37,055 nt of DNA from a virus (Duplodnaviria > Caudoviricetes). Below the pieces are notes generated by a model. That model saw only the letters and a program-made list of their open reading frames with translations. It was not told the origin of the DNA and searched no databases. Each line of letters starts with the position of its first letter. The stretch's first letter is position 1. A program made the position numbers and the translations under genes. Below are positions 37,055-37,055 of this stretch, one piece after another. The stretch is taken from IMG/VR virus record IMGVR_UViG_3300023210_002164, positions 1-37,055 of that record; one strand, written 5' to 3'.

Positions 37055-37055
37055 T

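Noticed and set aside
1-37055. Genome-wide stop-codon recoding (TGA=Gly or TAG=Gln)
   Set aside because: Long conserved genes are intact in code 11. TGA ends many genes at natural positions, often as ATGA overlaps (297, 4860, 11444, 18802, 22004, 28874), and TAG ends others. Only one internal TGA was seen.
1-37055. tRNA, rRNA, IS elements, tandem repeats
   Set aside because: Intergenic gaps are nearly all under 60 nt, and I recognised no cloverleaf, transposase or repeat array by eye.

Overview
This AT-rich, gene-dense 37 kb segment has every credible gene on the minus strand, often coupled by ATGA/TAATG overlaps. It looks like part of a large dsDNA (myo/jumbo-type) bacteriophage genome. Supporting genes are a UvsX/RecA recombinase, DnaB, DnaG, dNMP kinase, a Cas4/RecB-like nuclease, SSB, PhoH, dUTPase and a probable tail-tube-fold protein. 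A DUF1501-like gene hints at a Planctomycetota/PVC-type host (inference). Two things stand out. First, DNA polymerase III alpha (DnaE) is cleanly split into two genes with no intein; its PHP domain is degenerate and a DEDDh exonuclease gene lies between the halves. Second, a >15 kb glycan synthesis and modification island (GT4, GT2, GT32, GT47/exostosin-like, CgeB-like, GDP-fucose synthase, nucleotidyltransferase, FkbM methyltransferases, formyltransferase) follows ssb directly, and further methyl-, sulfo- and glycosyltransferases are interleaved among the replication genes. I saw no tRNA, rRNA, CRISPR array or IS element. All assignments come from motif recognition by eye, not database searches.
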